From Cyanophora paradoxa CCMP329 (lineage: Eukaryota > Plantae > Glaucophyta), in contig QPMI01000117.1 in assembly GCA_004431415.1 (NCBI GenBank), forward strand, positions 186,001-250,000: a stretch of 64,000 bases of DNA, given 5' to 3'. Both the position numbers and the translations under genes were made by a program. How positions within the stretch are numbered: position 1 is the first letter of the stretch; each line of letters starts with the position of its first letter. The notes below the pieces were generated by a model. That model searched no databases, was not told the origin of the DNA, and saw nothing but the letters and a program-made list of their open reading frames with translations. Shown here one piece after another: positions 36,988-53,175 of this stretch.

Positions 36988-37520
36988 TAGTACTGTACTT
37001 ACTATACAGTCTATACTATGGTATATGGGATAATCGCGGGCGGCGGGCGCCCGCCGCCCGGCCGGCGCCGCAGGCTGCAGCTGAGCCGCGGGCCGCGGAT
37101 CCGGAGTCCGGACTCCGGAGCGCGCGCGCGACCGCCGGCCCGGCGCCGGGCCGGTCGACCGGTACCACGCGGTCCACGCCGCGAGGGCCCGGCCCGGCCC
37201 GCGGGCCGCGACGTCGGACTAGTACTAGTACTCCCGAATTCGGACTCGCTCCGAGCCTGGCGATCGCGAGAGAGGCTCAAGTTAAGCTTTCGAAGTTTTT
37301 AACCGCGTAGTCGGCGCGTACGCAATTGCAATTGCAAATTTGCAATTGCGTACGCACCCGGTGACCGCGTTTGGGATCATCGGCCCGGGCGGCCGCGGAT
37401 CCGCTGCATCGATATCTCCGCAGATTCCGCCTGAGAAGCAAGCAAGCGCGCGCCTGCCTGAGAAGCAAGCGCGCGCTTAGGGCACTGCACAACTGCGGCG
37501 CTGCATCGATATCTGGCGGC

Positions 37521-40500
37521 ATGGACCACCTGACGTTCGAGGCTCTGGCAGAGTCCATCGCGGGCGCTGAGGTCCCGGTGACCGGCGAGCGCGCGTGGAA
37601 ACCGAAGGCGATTGCGAGAGATCGCGCCGACGCTGGCAACACTACCGCCGCGGCTCGCGGCACGGCCGCAAGGGCATGCAGCCCTGGCGGCCGCGGCTGC
37701 GGCGGCTGCGGCGCCGGCCGCGGGGCCGAGGCCGTGGACTTGGCGGCGGTGCAGATGGCGGTCCTCCGTCGGCTCCACGCTCTCGGGGCCGGTCAAAGCA
37801 GCGGCTCCGCCAGGACCGCCGCGTCACCGGCCAGCGCTGCGCAGGCGGTTTCCACGGCCGCCTGCAGCTGCGCAGCCAAGGCATTCGCGGACTGTGACTT
37901 CGAGTACGACTTGGCTCTGTCGACGGATACGGCCGCCGAGCCGTCCCTGTACGGCGCCCTCGTCGAAGCTGCGTTTGGCGGGCCTCGCGCCTCTCCCGGC
38001 GTCCGCGTCACCGTCCATCTGGAGGACGCGTCGACGACGGGCAATCGGAGCTGGAGCAGCGACGTCGTGCATAGCCACAAGGCCGAAGGCGGGCCGCACC
38101 CCCTTTGCTTCTGCGGAGGGCCGATCAGACAGCATGCATCGCGCGCCAGCGCGAGCTCGCCTGCGGCATTGTCAAGGACGGTCCTACATTCGCTGACAGC
38201 TTCGGCCGTTTGCAACGGGTTCGATTCGCTCGAATTCGCTCTTAAAATTTAGTTCTCGATTTTTCGCAACTCAGAACATCAATATTCTATCGCAGCAAAA
38301 GCGCGACACTTCGTGTTACCACGGAGGGCGTCCGGAGCACGAGTTCGTGTTTCGACGCCTCTTCTCGAGTGTTCATCCAGGCGGCAGCCAACGCGGTCCG
38401 CGCATTCAAATATCTAGATCTGCGCATCGGCATGATCATGATCCTATATATTTAATTATATTCGCTCACCGATCGCCCTTGCGTTTGCGCAGATCAGCAA
38501 TTCCGAGGGTACCTCGTTTGTCTTTAAAGCGGCTGCCGCGGTCGGCCCCGTCTAATCCCGGGCTCCGGATCCGCAGCGCTCCGCTGGGCTCGCCGAGATC
38601 GCTTTCGCGAATCCGCCCTCTGGCGAGGCGACGTGCCGCGCACCGTTCTCAGGTGCGCGCGCGTTATCGATATCTCGTATTATTAGAACTCAAAATCCGC
38701 GAGTGGGACGACTCGGCGAAAGCATGCACATGGGCCCACTGGCCAGGGCACGCGCATTTCGCTCATGACCGGTATCGCGCACCGCAGCGCCCTCGATTCG
38801 ACGCACGAAGGAGTGGCCATCGCGAACGAAGAGGGAAACAAGCTCATCTACGGGTGAGCGCGCGCTCTCGCGCGCGTCCTCGAAATGCGCTTCTAGATCT
38901 GCCGCAATTACAATGATTTTCAATTCATGACTATCGCAATCAGCAACGCGAGCTACGAGCGCCTAACCGGATTTCGCTTCCACGAGGTACGTATACTGGC
39001 CACGTTCTCAAACCGAAACATGCGCTCGTCCCATCATATTGATCGCGGTCCCATTCGCATTCGCCAGGTCGTTGGCATGCTCTGCCCCATCCTCGGCTGC
39101 GTGCAGGCGGGGAGCAAGACGCACGCAGACCTCGTCGCTGCCTTGACCGCGGGGCGATGGTGCGCACGCATGCGCACTTGAAATGTAGGTGGAGAAGCGG
39201 TCTTTGAATATTGATCCATCCATCCCGCGCGCAGCGAGGAGCTCGAGTTCGGCGCGCGGAGGAGAGACGGGACGCCCTGGGTGGCGAACGTCCACCTGCA
39301 GCCCGTCCGCTGCCCGTCCTCCGGGAAGATCACCAACTGGCTCGGGCTCGTGAGGGTGCGCTTAGATCGCATCATATATATAATTACTAGCTATGCCTCC
39401 GAGAGAGCTTCTTTGTGTATATGTTGCAGTCGCCGAAGCTCAGCTCGAGCTCGCGCTCACTCAGCGTTTCATAAGTACTTGCTAAGCCTTGAGCTTCGAG
39501 CTTAAGCTCAGCGGCTCGTGCTTACTCGGCCGCCTCCGCGCAGGATGTGACGGCCCCGCGCGTGGCGGAGGCGGCGCAGGCCGCGGCCCGCGCGGCGCTG
39601 ATCGACGCGCACGAGAAGGCGGGGAGGGCCGAGGCTGCGAGCCAGGCGAAATCCTCCTGGGTCTCCTACACATCCCACGGCACGTCTACCAAGAGATTTA
39701 TACTGTACTATTCGCCTCTGACAACCGAACGCAGAGCTGCGCACGCCGCTGCACGGCCTCATCGCGGGGACGCAGCTGCTGCTCGAGTCGCGGCCGCTCA
39801 CGGAGGACCAGCGCGAGCTCGCCAACGGGATCTGCGCCTCGGGTCAGTCCATGCTCGACTTCATAGACGACGCCCTCGATTTCGCTAAGGTTCGCGGTCG
39901 AAGCGGATTAATGTTGTACACCTATTGTCTTTCATTAAAGAAGCTCGCTCTTAACGTTTCTCGCCAGATCGAAGCTGGCAAGCTCCAGCTCGGGAGCGCG
40001 CCGTTCGGCCTCCGCGCGTGCCTCGACGCCGCCTTGTCGGCTTCGTCTGCCCGCGCCCACGTCGGCGTTCACGTGCGCGCGATCCGACGATACCAAAGTT
40101 TCTTCGTTCACCCCAGCTTGCCATCGATCTTACTCGGATGCGCGCGCGCGTCAGCTCGCTTGCTCCGTGACTGTCGACGAGGCACTGGGATCCGGTCGCC
40201 CCGTTGGAGACGAGGTCAAGCTCCGGCAAGTGCTCAACAACTTCACGTCCAACGCGCTAGTGCGATGGCGACGGCTTCGCGCACAAATTGAAGCGCAATC
40301 AATGAGCTTTCTGACCACGGTTCTGTGCAGAAATTCACGGACAAGGGCGCCGTGGTAGTCAGATGCCATGTCATGCCAGGGGACGCGAAGGTAAGCTGAA
40401 GGCTCTCTCTTGAATTGGAGAATGAAAATGACTTCAATTCTAAGCGTAATCATATTATGACAGGACGATGCCGGCATGGGCAAGGGGGGACCGGCTTCCG

Positions 40501-42828
40501 CGACTTCCGGTGCTCTTCTCGAGGTGCTTTTCATCGCTTAGATCGTGGCCTCCATCTCTTGCCGCTCTGATCATGAAAGTGGTCGACGCCCATTCAATTT
40601 CATCACCAGTTCGAGGTCGAGGACACGGGCTGCGGTATCGCCGAGGAGGACCTCGGGCGTCTCTTCGCCTCCTTTGTGCAGGTTTGCGAGCGCATCGTCT
40701 TTTAATTTCAATTCGATGCCCGCGGCCGGCTTCCGGATCCTGTCTCCCGGAGGTCTTTGATTCGTTGCAATCGCAAGCTTGAGACTGAGCGCTAGCGTGT
40801 GCAGGTCGGCGATTCAAACGAAAAGCGCAACATGGGAACTGGGCTGGTGCGCGATTCACTGTGAAAGCCCACATGCTCTGGATATCAATATATGCAACTA
40901 ATTCTTGATGATCTCGGACATTTACAGGGCCTTTGCATCGCAAAAGCGATCGTCGAGGCAATGCATGGCGAAGTGCTTATCACCAGCAAGGTGAGCCAGA
41001 TCTTTATCTAAATTAAAGCGGGTGATTAGCGTTGAATGATATTTACTACACGTGTTATTATAAGCTGATTTTTGCATTTCACTCAGCTTGGAGTGGGGAC
41101 GACGGTCAAGTTCAGCGTGCGGCTGGGCTGGATGGCGGACCAGACGCTACCAAGCAACAGAAGTGCCACGGCGTCACGTGCGTCTGCGTTTTGCATTCAT
41201 CCAATACGAAATTGAATGGTGCGATTAATTCCAACTTGCGATGGCAGCCGTCGGCGTCGACTCGGATGCGAATCAGCGGCGCGCCGCCCTGTACCCCGGC
41301 CTGCCGGCTACTGTCGTCCCCGCGCTGCGCAACATCCTCGACCACCTTTCCGTCGATCTGGTCGCGCTACCCGATTCTGAGGAGGCGGAGGTCTTCGCTA
41401 AGAATAGCAATGCCGCCCCCTGCGACTACCTCATCGTGCCCCTGCCGGCCTGCTGCTCGCTTCAAGAGGCCGAGGAAAAGGAGGAGAAAGGCCTGGCCCT
41501 ACTCAACAAATACTTCTCAGCAACGTAAGCCGCCGACATAAGGGGCGACCGCACTTGGCTGACAGTTGCTGACATGGGCGCAGCAGCGACGTCGGCGGCG
41601 CTAGCTATAGCGGCCCGCGGCCGTCGACGGCGCCGGCGGTCGTCTTCGTCTGCCCGCACGAGCGCGAGGGCATTCGCCGCGATGCGGGCGCCGGCGGGCG
41701 GTCTGCCTCGGAGCACGAGTTCATCCTGGATGGAGATGTCGGGGCAGCGGAGGAGCCGCACGAGGACGGTCGCCTCGAGCTCGAGCTCGCGACCGGCTCA
41801 GGGTCCTCTGTCGAGGTCGCCTCGGGCGGCGACTACGTGGTGGAGTTCGGATCCCGCCGGTCCAGCGTCAGCTCGGTGTATCGTTCGAATTCCGTGTCGG
41901 GCTCGGTCGTTGACAGCGCAAGCTGCAGCGGTTTCACCGTCGGCAGCCTGCGGGCGAGCACGTGCCTCACAAACGCCGGCCGCCCCATCCTTTCCACTCC
42001 ACTCACCTTCTCTCGTGTCGAGCGCGCGATCCTCAAGGCGTCCCGAGCGGCCGCCACCGCACGCGCGGGTGCAGTTCCTGGGGCAACGCATGGACATCTG
42101 AAGCTTCAGCTGCAACGCGCCATCAGCTGCAGCCCGATCACGGCGGCGGCGCCGGCCGCCGCCTCGCCGGCTCCTATGAAGCGGAGGGTCAGCTGGTACG
42201 GGCAAGATTTGCAGCTGCCGGAGCAACAGCAGCCAGCGTGCGAACCTCAAAGCCAGAGCCAACCCTGCAAGCGGAATCCCGTCCTTGTTGCCGACGACCA
42301 TCCTGTGAGCTCTCAGTCTCTGCAGCTGCCGCAGTCCATTCACTCCAAGCTGCGCGTATACTTATATATAAGGTCTCCCTTTTCGCCAGATGAACCGGCT
42401 GGTGATCGAGCGGCTGCTGGGCGGCATGGGCGTCGCCGTCGACTTCGTGAGCGACGGCGACGAGGCGCTCGCCAAGTGGGAGGCCGGGCGCCACTCCGTC
42501 GTCCTCCTCGACCTCAACATGTGCGAATTTCGAGATTTCGAGATTTCGAATTCGAATTTGATCTAGATCCGATGATCTGACTAAAGGACCGTTGAGCAGG
42601 CCGCGCATGAGAGGGATCGAGGCGTGCGAGCGCATCCTCCAGCTGTCGGACCGCGACGCGTGCGGGGGGAGCCTGAACGGGCGCCGCCCCTTCGTCGTGG
42701 CGATCACGGCGGACGCCGACGAGGCGACGCGCGAGCGCTGCTCCCGCGCCGGCATGGCGGGCTTCCTCCTCAAGCCGTTCCGCGTGGAAGAGTTTCGCAA
42801 CATGGTCTCCTCGGCCCTGCTGCGCTAG
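37521..42828 (+). CDS. Hybrid sensor histidine kinase (PAS/PAC - HisKA - HATPase_c - receiver), multi-exon
   Basis: PAS ALDSTHEGVAIANEEGNKLIY..NASYERLTGFRFHEVVG. H-box AKSSWVSYTSHELRTPLHG. N-box GDEVKLRQVLNNFTSNALKFT. G1 FEVEDTGCGI; G2 GTGLGLCIAKAIVEAMHG. Receiver VLVADDHPMNR...VLLDLNMPRMRG...AITAD...FLLKPF. Start codon and N-terminal exons are less certain. Confidence 0.9.
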
Positions 42829-43089
42829 CGTTGATCGTGATCATGACTTCAGCTTCCGACTCGAGTCACAGGCATTGAGTCACAGGCAATCTAGATCTTG
42901 TGATCATAGTTCAGCCTCGAGCTCCGATCTTCTTGTTTTACGCGCTCTGCTATTTAGTTAGAATATAATTTAGGTATATATATATATAGATGTGTTGCTT
43001 CGCGTGTCCGACGGTCTCGTCTCCTGTCCTCTCCTGTCCTTGGCCGTGGTTCTTCCGGTGATCAGGGTGTCTCATGTGTCGATGTATTT

Positions 43090-43560
43090 ACTTGTATCTT
43101 GCAATCGGGTTCTTCTAGTTTTCTTTGGCCACGTTGTGAGCGTATCTTCTAGATCTTTACAGTTCTTCCCACAGCTCAGCGGCTGTGTGAGTGCAGCTTC
43201 TGAAGTTCCAGATCCGATGATGTAGTGACGTTCTCCTTATATATTATCTTCTAAATCTGCTTTCTTTTTGCAATTGGGTTCTTCTTATTTTGGCCATTCT
43301 GTGCGTGTTAGCTTCTAGATCTTTACATCTCAACCCACATCGACGGTGTGCACGTGAGTGCTGCTTTCTGTGAGTGCTGCTTTCAGTACGTATACGCTTT
43401 CATGTTTTCTGCGTTGCGATCGAGACCCTTGACTTAGTAAGCTTGCCGAACTGATATCATGTGAGTGCGCGTAGCTCCTTCGTATATTATTCAATGTCCG
43501 ATCCTGCTCGCTCTAGATCTAAATATCCTTATCTTTGATTTTAATTGCGTTCTTTTGCGC
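43090..43560. repeat. Diverged ~170-bp tandem repeat (2-3 copies), AT-rich
   Basis: GGGTTCTTCT...TTTGGCCA...CTTCTAGATCTTTACA...GTGAGTGC recurs at ~43107-43200 and ~43277-43370, with a fainter third copy. Confidence 0.55.
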
Positions 43561-43904
43561 CCCTCGTAATGATTGTGCAGCTTCGAATTCGCTTAGAAAC
43601 ATGTACAATGTATAATTTGGTTTGCGCGACCGCGACCGCGCGCGCGAGTCGCCTGCTGCTGCTCCTCATCGAGGGCCGGCGCCAAATTTAAATAGCACGA
43701 TTAATATCCGAATTCGTACTCGAGCTCATGATCACTGAGTCGGTGACTCGGTGGATTTCTTGCCCGGCTGATTATGATCATGACTGCTTGCATTTTAATT
43801 AATATGAGTCATTTAATTATATGACAGGTTACAGGCCTAGCTGTCATGCACTGTAAAAACGCCCCGCCGCGGTGCCGGCACGCGCGCGCGCGTCACGGCG
43901 TCGT

Positions 43905-46900
43905 TCACAGCCCGCGCTTGTCCATGCGGGCCGCGCGCCGCTGCATGCGCGAGAGCGGGTCGTTGAAGGCGCTGCGAACGAAGCGGCGCCCCCAGGCCCG
44001 CCGGTCAGCCGGGCCCGAGCGTAAGCTTAGGCGGGGGAGAGGCGGAGCGTACCGGTAGAGGGTCCAGGCGACGCCGAGGCCGGCGGCGCCGGCGGCGGCG
44101 CCGGCGGCCGAGGCGGCGGGGACGTTCCCCGCGTTGTACAGGAACGAAGCCCTGCGGCCCCCATGTCAGAGGGTGCGGGCGGCAACGGGCGGTGGGCGGC
44201 GGCGCCGGCGGGCGGGGCAGGCGGACCCGATGCCGCCGGCGCCGGCGAGGAGGGAGAGGTTCGTGGCCATCAGAAGCTGCCGCACCTGCCCGGCCGCCGC
44301 GTCAGGCGCGACGGGCGCAGAAGGCGCGGCCGACGTCGCCGACGAGAGCCGTAGCTGGCGCCCTAGTGCGCAGGGGGGCGCTGCCCTGACCCAGGCCATT
44401 GGCGGCCCAGGACACACCGCCGGCTCCGCCCCCACCCCGGCCTTGCCCGCCCCGCCCCGCCCCGCCCCGCCTTGCGCGGACCTGCTTGAGGAGGCGCTCG
44501 GTCTCGACGGAGCGGGCGCGGATGGCGAGGTCGCCGCGCTCCAGCTTCCCCAGCGTCTCCTCGATCTTCTCCACCCTGCCGAGCCGTCTCAGCTCAGCCT
44601 CGAGGCTTTTGAGGCTCGCTCGCAAGCCTCCAGCTCTAGATCATGATCTCCCCTCTTCTTCTGGGCGCCTGGGGCCGGGGTGCCTTGGCGGGGCGGGGCG
44701 GGGCGGGGGCGGACCGGCCGGGGACGGTGAGGGAGGTGCCGACGAGGGAGAGGCCCTCCGAGCGCACCGTCGCCGCCGCGTCCGACCACGCCTGCGCAGC
44801 CACGAGCCTTTAGAAGTGGCGGAGGAGGGGATTCTCAGCGTAGTTTCTTAGCTTCGTCTTCTCAGCATCCTAGAGGATGCCCGCGAGAGGCGTGGGGCGG
44901 GAACGGGCCTGGGGGTCGGTGTTGATGCCGCCCTGGGGCCCGTTGAGGAGGTTGAGGATGGAGGTGAGGATCGAGACGCCCGCCCCCGCGCTCGCCTGCG
45001 CCCCGGCCCGGCCCAGGCCCGGCCGTCAGCGTCCGTCCGTCTCAGACGTCTATGATATATGCGTTAAGACGCCCGCGGGCAGCCGCTTCGGCTTGTAGTT
45101 CGTTAGAGACACGGCTCCCGCTTCGATTTGCCGGGCGCCGAAACTTCGTTGAAACTCGGGCGAAACTCGCCCGCCTCAATCTCTGCCTGCTCTGCTCTCT
45201 CTGGCTTTGGGCTCTGGGCGGACGGACCTGGGCGCCCTTGGCGGCGTCGCGGACGATCTCCTGCGCGAAGGGCGCCGCCACCTGCGCGCCAAGGCCCGCG
45301 CGCGGTCAGGAAGAGGGAGGAGGGGGGGGGGGGGGGGGGGGGGGGGAGGGGGGTCCGAGGCGGGGCGGGCAGGGCGGGCAGGGGCGGATATGCTAAAATC
45401 CAATCTCTATGTCGAAGGCTAGCTAGCCAGCGAAGCAGGCGGAGCGGGGCCGGGGGAGCGGGCCTCGGAGAACTGGAAGGCGGGGTCGAGGGACTTGCAG
45501 ATGCCCTCCAGCGTCGAGAAGGCCCGCAGCACGAACGTGAACGCTGCCGTTGTGCGCGAGTCAGAGGCGATCATCGGATCCGGAGTTCGAAGCGAGTCGA
45601 GCCGTGCGCAAGGGGCGGACAGCGCTAGCAGCTAGACAAGACGGCTAACAGCCGCACCGGCGGGGAAGCGGAAGGGCTGGTCCTCGCTGATCGAGTAGAG
45701 GTCCTCCCCGATCGCCGCCACCGTCTGCCGCGGGGGCGGAGGCGGAGGCGGAGGGCGCTGAGGGAGGGCGCGGGGCGTTCGCTGCGGGATGGAGGCTGCG
45801 CACCTGCTCGCGGGCGGGGCGGCTGTTGAGGTTGTCGAGGAAGTACTGCGGGGCGGGGGGGCGTCAGGCGGGGCGCCCGTTGTGCGCGAGAGGCGGGGCG
45901 GGGCCGGGCGGGGCGGGGAGGGAGGGGAGGGGAGGACCGACTGGAAGGGGCCGACTATTAGAACCCCCGAGGCCGGGGCCGGGGGCCGGAGGGCCGGCTC
46001 TAGAAAAAGGGCGCTAGGCCTCTAGAACTCCATCTCTCTTGAAGCCAACTAAAACATTGCCCTGAACCCGGGGCCGGGGCCGGGGGCCGGGGAGAGAGGT
46101 GGGGGGGGGGGGGAGGGGGAGGGGGGGGGGGGGGACCTGGACGGCGCGGCGGATGGGCCCCATGTCGCCCTGCGGCACGATCGCCCCCACCTCCACCAGC
46201 GCCGTGATGATCTGTTAGTGGCCGTTAGCCGCCGGGAGCAAAGGAGGGCATGGGAGGGCCTAGAGCCTTTAGCCGCTAGCCGCAGGGGAGGGGGATGAAG
46301 GGGGCCCCGGGGGGCGGGAGGGCGGGTGCGCGCCTGCTGGGCGTCCTTGTTGGCGATGCCGTAGAAGATCTGCGTACCCGGGGCGTCAAGGCGTGACAGG
46401 GCGGGGCGGGGCGTGGGCGGGGCGGGGCAGGGCGGGGCGGGGGCGGGCCTGGAGGATGCGGTCGCGGGTCAGCTGCGGGATCTCCCCCATCATGCCTGCC
46501 GGAGGCGGAGGCGTCAGGGAGGGCCGCAAGGGCGGCCGGAGGGGCCAGAGGAGAAGGCGTGAGGGAGGGCGAAGGCGACGGGGGCCTGCACCGAAGTCGT
46601 AGAAGACGGACGGCATTTAAAGTGTTTAATTCTCTAAAGTCGTATATATATGACAAGTGTTTAGATCCTTGCTAAAGGAAGCTAGCAAGCTAAATTAAAG
46701 TCGCACCGAAGTCGTAGAAGACGAGCTGCTCCTCGCCGGCGGGGCCCATCGTCACCGCGATGTTCCCGGGGTGCGGGTCCGCGTGGAACAGCCTGCGGGG
46801 CGAGGCGGCGTCGGCGGCGGCGGCGGAGAGGGAGGAGGAGGAGGAGGAGGCGGGGCGGGGCGGGCGCAGGGAAAAGACGGTCCTGGGCGGGTGCAAAGCA

Positions 46901-49900
46901 CGGCGGGCTCTACATAGCTAAGCCAAGTCTAGATTTTCAACTCTAGATGGATTTTGAAGTCTAGATAGTTGGGCCCCTCCAGGAGGGGCCGCACCCGTAC
47001 TCGGTCTAGAGGCTCTAGAGGGGGGTCCTGGGCCGGGGCCGGGCCGGGGCCGGGGCGCAGGGAAAGGACGCCAGCCATACAGCCGGGCCGGGGCCGGGGC
47101 GAGCGCACCCGTACTTGATGATCTGGAGGAGGTACGCCTCCGCCGAGCGCCGCGCGATCCGCTCCCGCTCGTACCTGCAGATCAAATCAGGTGCGAGAGG
47201 CGGCGAGGCTTGGATGGGTGGGAGGGGATGGGTGGGAGGAGCGCGGGTCGAGGGGGCGCCGTGGGCGACTGGCTGGATGGAAGGGCGGCGGGGAGGCGGG
47301 GGTGGGAGGGGCGGCATGGTCCAGGTCCAGGCGGCGTGGGTGGCCGGCTGGCTTGGCTTGGCTTGGATGGGTGGGAGGGGCGCAGGGGCGCACCCGGCGG
47401 CGTCGATCCCCTCGAAGTCGGTGATCTGCCGGCGGGGCGGGCCAGCCGGGTCAGGGGCGGGCCGGCCGGGGCGGGGTGACAGGGAGGGGCAGCCGAGCTC
47501 TAAGCTTTAGGAGCCGCCGCGCTGGTCCGACTAGGCGCGGCCCGGCCCGACATGCCCCTCTCGACCCCTCGACCCCAGGCCTACGCAACAGCACGGCGCC
47601 CCCTGACGCGATTCGGCGCCCCCCCCTCGACCCCAGGCCTAGGCTACGGCCCGGCCCCGCCCCCCGACCCGGCTAGGCGCGGGGCGCCCCCGGGGCGGCG
47701 CGGCGGACCTTGACGCCCGGGACGTACTCGAGGACGAGCATGTTGTCCGCGGAGAGCGGCCAGTACACCCGCGGCACCTTCACCTGCGAGCGCGAACGAA
47801 GCCTGACTTAGCTCGAGGCGGGGGCGGGGGCGGGGGCGGGGAGGGAAGGGGCGGGGACGATGGGCGACTTGAAACTCCAACTAGTTGACGTGAAACTTCT
47901 AGTAGCGTGTGCTAATGCTAATTTCGAAGGGGCGGGGCGGGGCGGGTGCGCACCCAGGGCACTGGGGCGAAGTTGCGGCGGAAGGTATCGGCGTTGCGGC
48001 CCTCCTACGCGCGCGCCTCGGGCCTCAGAAGACGAAGGCGCGGGCCTCGGACAAGGCAGAGGAGAGGCGGGGCGGGGCGGACGCGGGGGTAGTCGATCTC
48101 CTCGTAGAGGGTGGTGCGGCACTCCTCGTAGATCGCCAGCCACTCCCGCCCCTTCCCGTACCTGCAGGCCGGGGGGGCGGGCGGGCGGGTTGGGCCCTCT
48201 TGGAGGGGGAGGGGGCTGGAAGTAGGCACTTGGGGTGGGCCTGGAAGTAGGCGGCGAGGCCGCGCAGGATCTCGATGTCGATGTCGAAGAGCGCCTTCAG
48301 CCCCGGCCGCTGCACCTGCACGGGGAGGGGAGGAGGGCTGAGGGGGGTAGAGGCTGCAAGGGGAGACGGAGTGGGCGGACCTTGACGACGACCTCCTCGC
48401 CCGTGTGCAGCCGCGCCCGGTGCACCTGCGCGGGCGAGCGTTGTTGAGGCGAGGGAGGCTCTGGGCGAGCCAGCTAGGGCGAGACTGGGCGGCACAGATC
48501 TAGAGCCGGCTAAAGGCGGGGAGGGGCCTAGAGCAGAGCGGAGGGGAGCGGCGCTCCAGCATTTGGCTCTGGCTGGCTCTGGCTCTGGAGCCTCTGGCTC
48601 GCTAAGACTCCGGTTCGGATGGGCAGCGGGCACCTGCCCGAGCGAGGCCGCAGCGATCGGCCGCCTGTCGAACTCCGCGAACAGCTCCTTCACCCTGGGT
48701 AGGAGGGGGGGGTACGACGTCAGGCGGGGGGAGGGGTACGGGGTGCTGGGGACGGGACGGGACGGAGGGGCGCGTACCCCCGGCCGCCCTGGTCCTTCTT
48801 GATGATGGCTTCGACCTCCTCGAACGAGAAGGCGGGTACCCGGTCCTGTTGGGGGGGGGGGGGGGACGAGTTAGAAGGGGGTACGGGAATTCGTGGAAGG
48901 GGGTACGGAGGCGGGCCTGCAGCTTGGAGAGCTCCTCGACGTACTCGACGGGGAGGAGGTCCGCGCGGGTGGAGAAGAACTGGCCGCACTTACTGCGGGG
49001 CGGGGGTACAGGATCAGGAGGGGGAGAAGGGGCGTTGAAGGGGGGGCGGGAAGGGAGCGGCTCTAGCAGCAGTTGTCCGGATACAAAAAAAGGATGGAGG
49101 AGAAGAAGCTGGGGGCGGGGGAGGGGGGGTACAGCACGCACATGAAGGTGGGGCCGAGGTCGAGAATGACCTCCCGAATCCACGCCGCGAGCTCGCGCCG
49201 ACGCTTGCTGGCCGCCTCCTCGCTGTAGCCCAGGGGGTACGTCCACTTCTGCGGGGGGTACGACGGCTCAGGCGCGGGGCGAGGGCACGGCAATTCCAAG
49301 CAGCTGCTCGCCTGGTCGTTCCACCAGCGGGCAGCCTGTACCCGAATCACGAAAGCCCACGTGTCGACGAGGCGCTGCGTGGGGTTGTAGTTGCCTGCGG
49401 CGCACGCGCGGGGCGCACGTGAGGCACGGCCGGGCACGGGGCCCGCGGCGCGGCGACCGGCGGAGCGCGGCCGCGGCCGTGTGGGCGATCGCATGCGCGC
49501 ACCGTCTGTCCACCTGTACGTCGTGGCCGTGGCGAGCGGCTGGTTGCTGCACGCGGGCGTCAGCCGAAGGGTCGCAGATGCGGGCCCGGGGCCGCGCGCC
49601 GGGCGGCGGGGCGCACGAGTAGTCCTGCATAGAGGGCGGGATGAATGACGCCATTTGATTGGCAGCGCTGCTGGCTCCCGAGGCTGCCGGCATCGCCGCG
49701 CCGTTCATTATCGAGGGCGGGAGCGGCTTCGCGGCGGCGCCGTTCCGGGAGCTGCTGGCGGTCGACGGAGACTCAACAAAAGATCTCCGTGCCGGAGTGA
49801 AGCGCTGCGGCGGCTCCGCGATGGCCCGCGCGGCCTGGCTGGTCCCTTGCGCGGCACGGGCTTTGCTCGTGCTGGGCCGCGGCCGGCTGCCGAAGAACGT

Positions 49901-50069
49901 CGAGCGACGGGCGCCCTGCTCATCCGGGCGATATCCAACGAAGCGCTCCTGCAGCACAGCGCCGCCTGGGGGAAGCGCGTGCCACTGCGCGTCAGCGCGT
50001 GCGGTGGGGCGGGGCGGGAAGGCGGGGCGGACCGATGCCGGCGCTGAAGGCGGCGGAGTTGGAGGCCAT
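43905..50069 (-). CDS. Plastid-type ABC1/UbiB atypical kinase, ABC1K7/ABC1K8 (SIA1/OSA1)-like
   Basis: [15 protein letters not shown]...[11 protein letters not shown]...[104 protein letters not shown]-terminal extension [14 protein letters not shown]...RRSTFFG resembles a transit peptide. Confidence 0.92.
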
Positions 50070-50145
50070 CCTGGCCGGCGGGGAAAGGCGTGCGTCGAGC
50101 AGACCGAGGCGGTCGCGGGTACGGCTTTTTGAAGAGTTTTTTTCG
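50070..50145. promoter_or_regulatory. Very short bidirectional promoter region (76 bp between ATGs)
   Basis: ABC1K ATG (-) at 50069 and first BCS1 ATG (+) at 50146. Confidence 0.5.

Positions 50146-53175
<3,030 letters not shown>

Noticed and set aside
37521-42828. Histidine kinase as bacterial contamination or recent HGT
   Set aside because: It is interrupted by many spliceosomal introns, and hybrid kinases are common in algae and protists.
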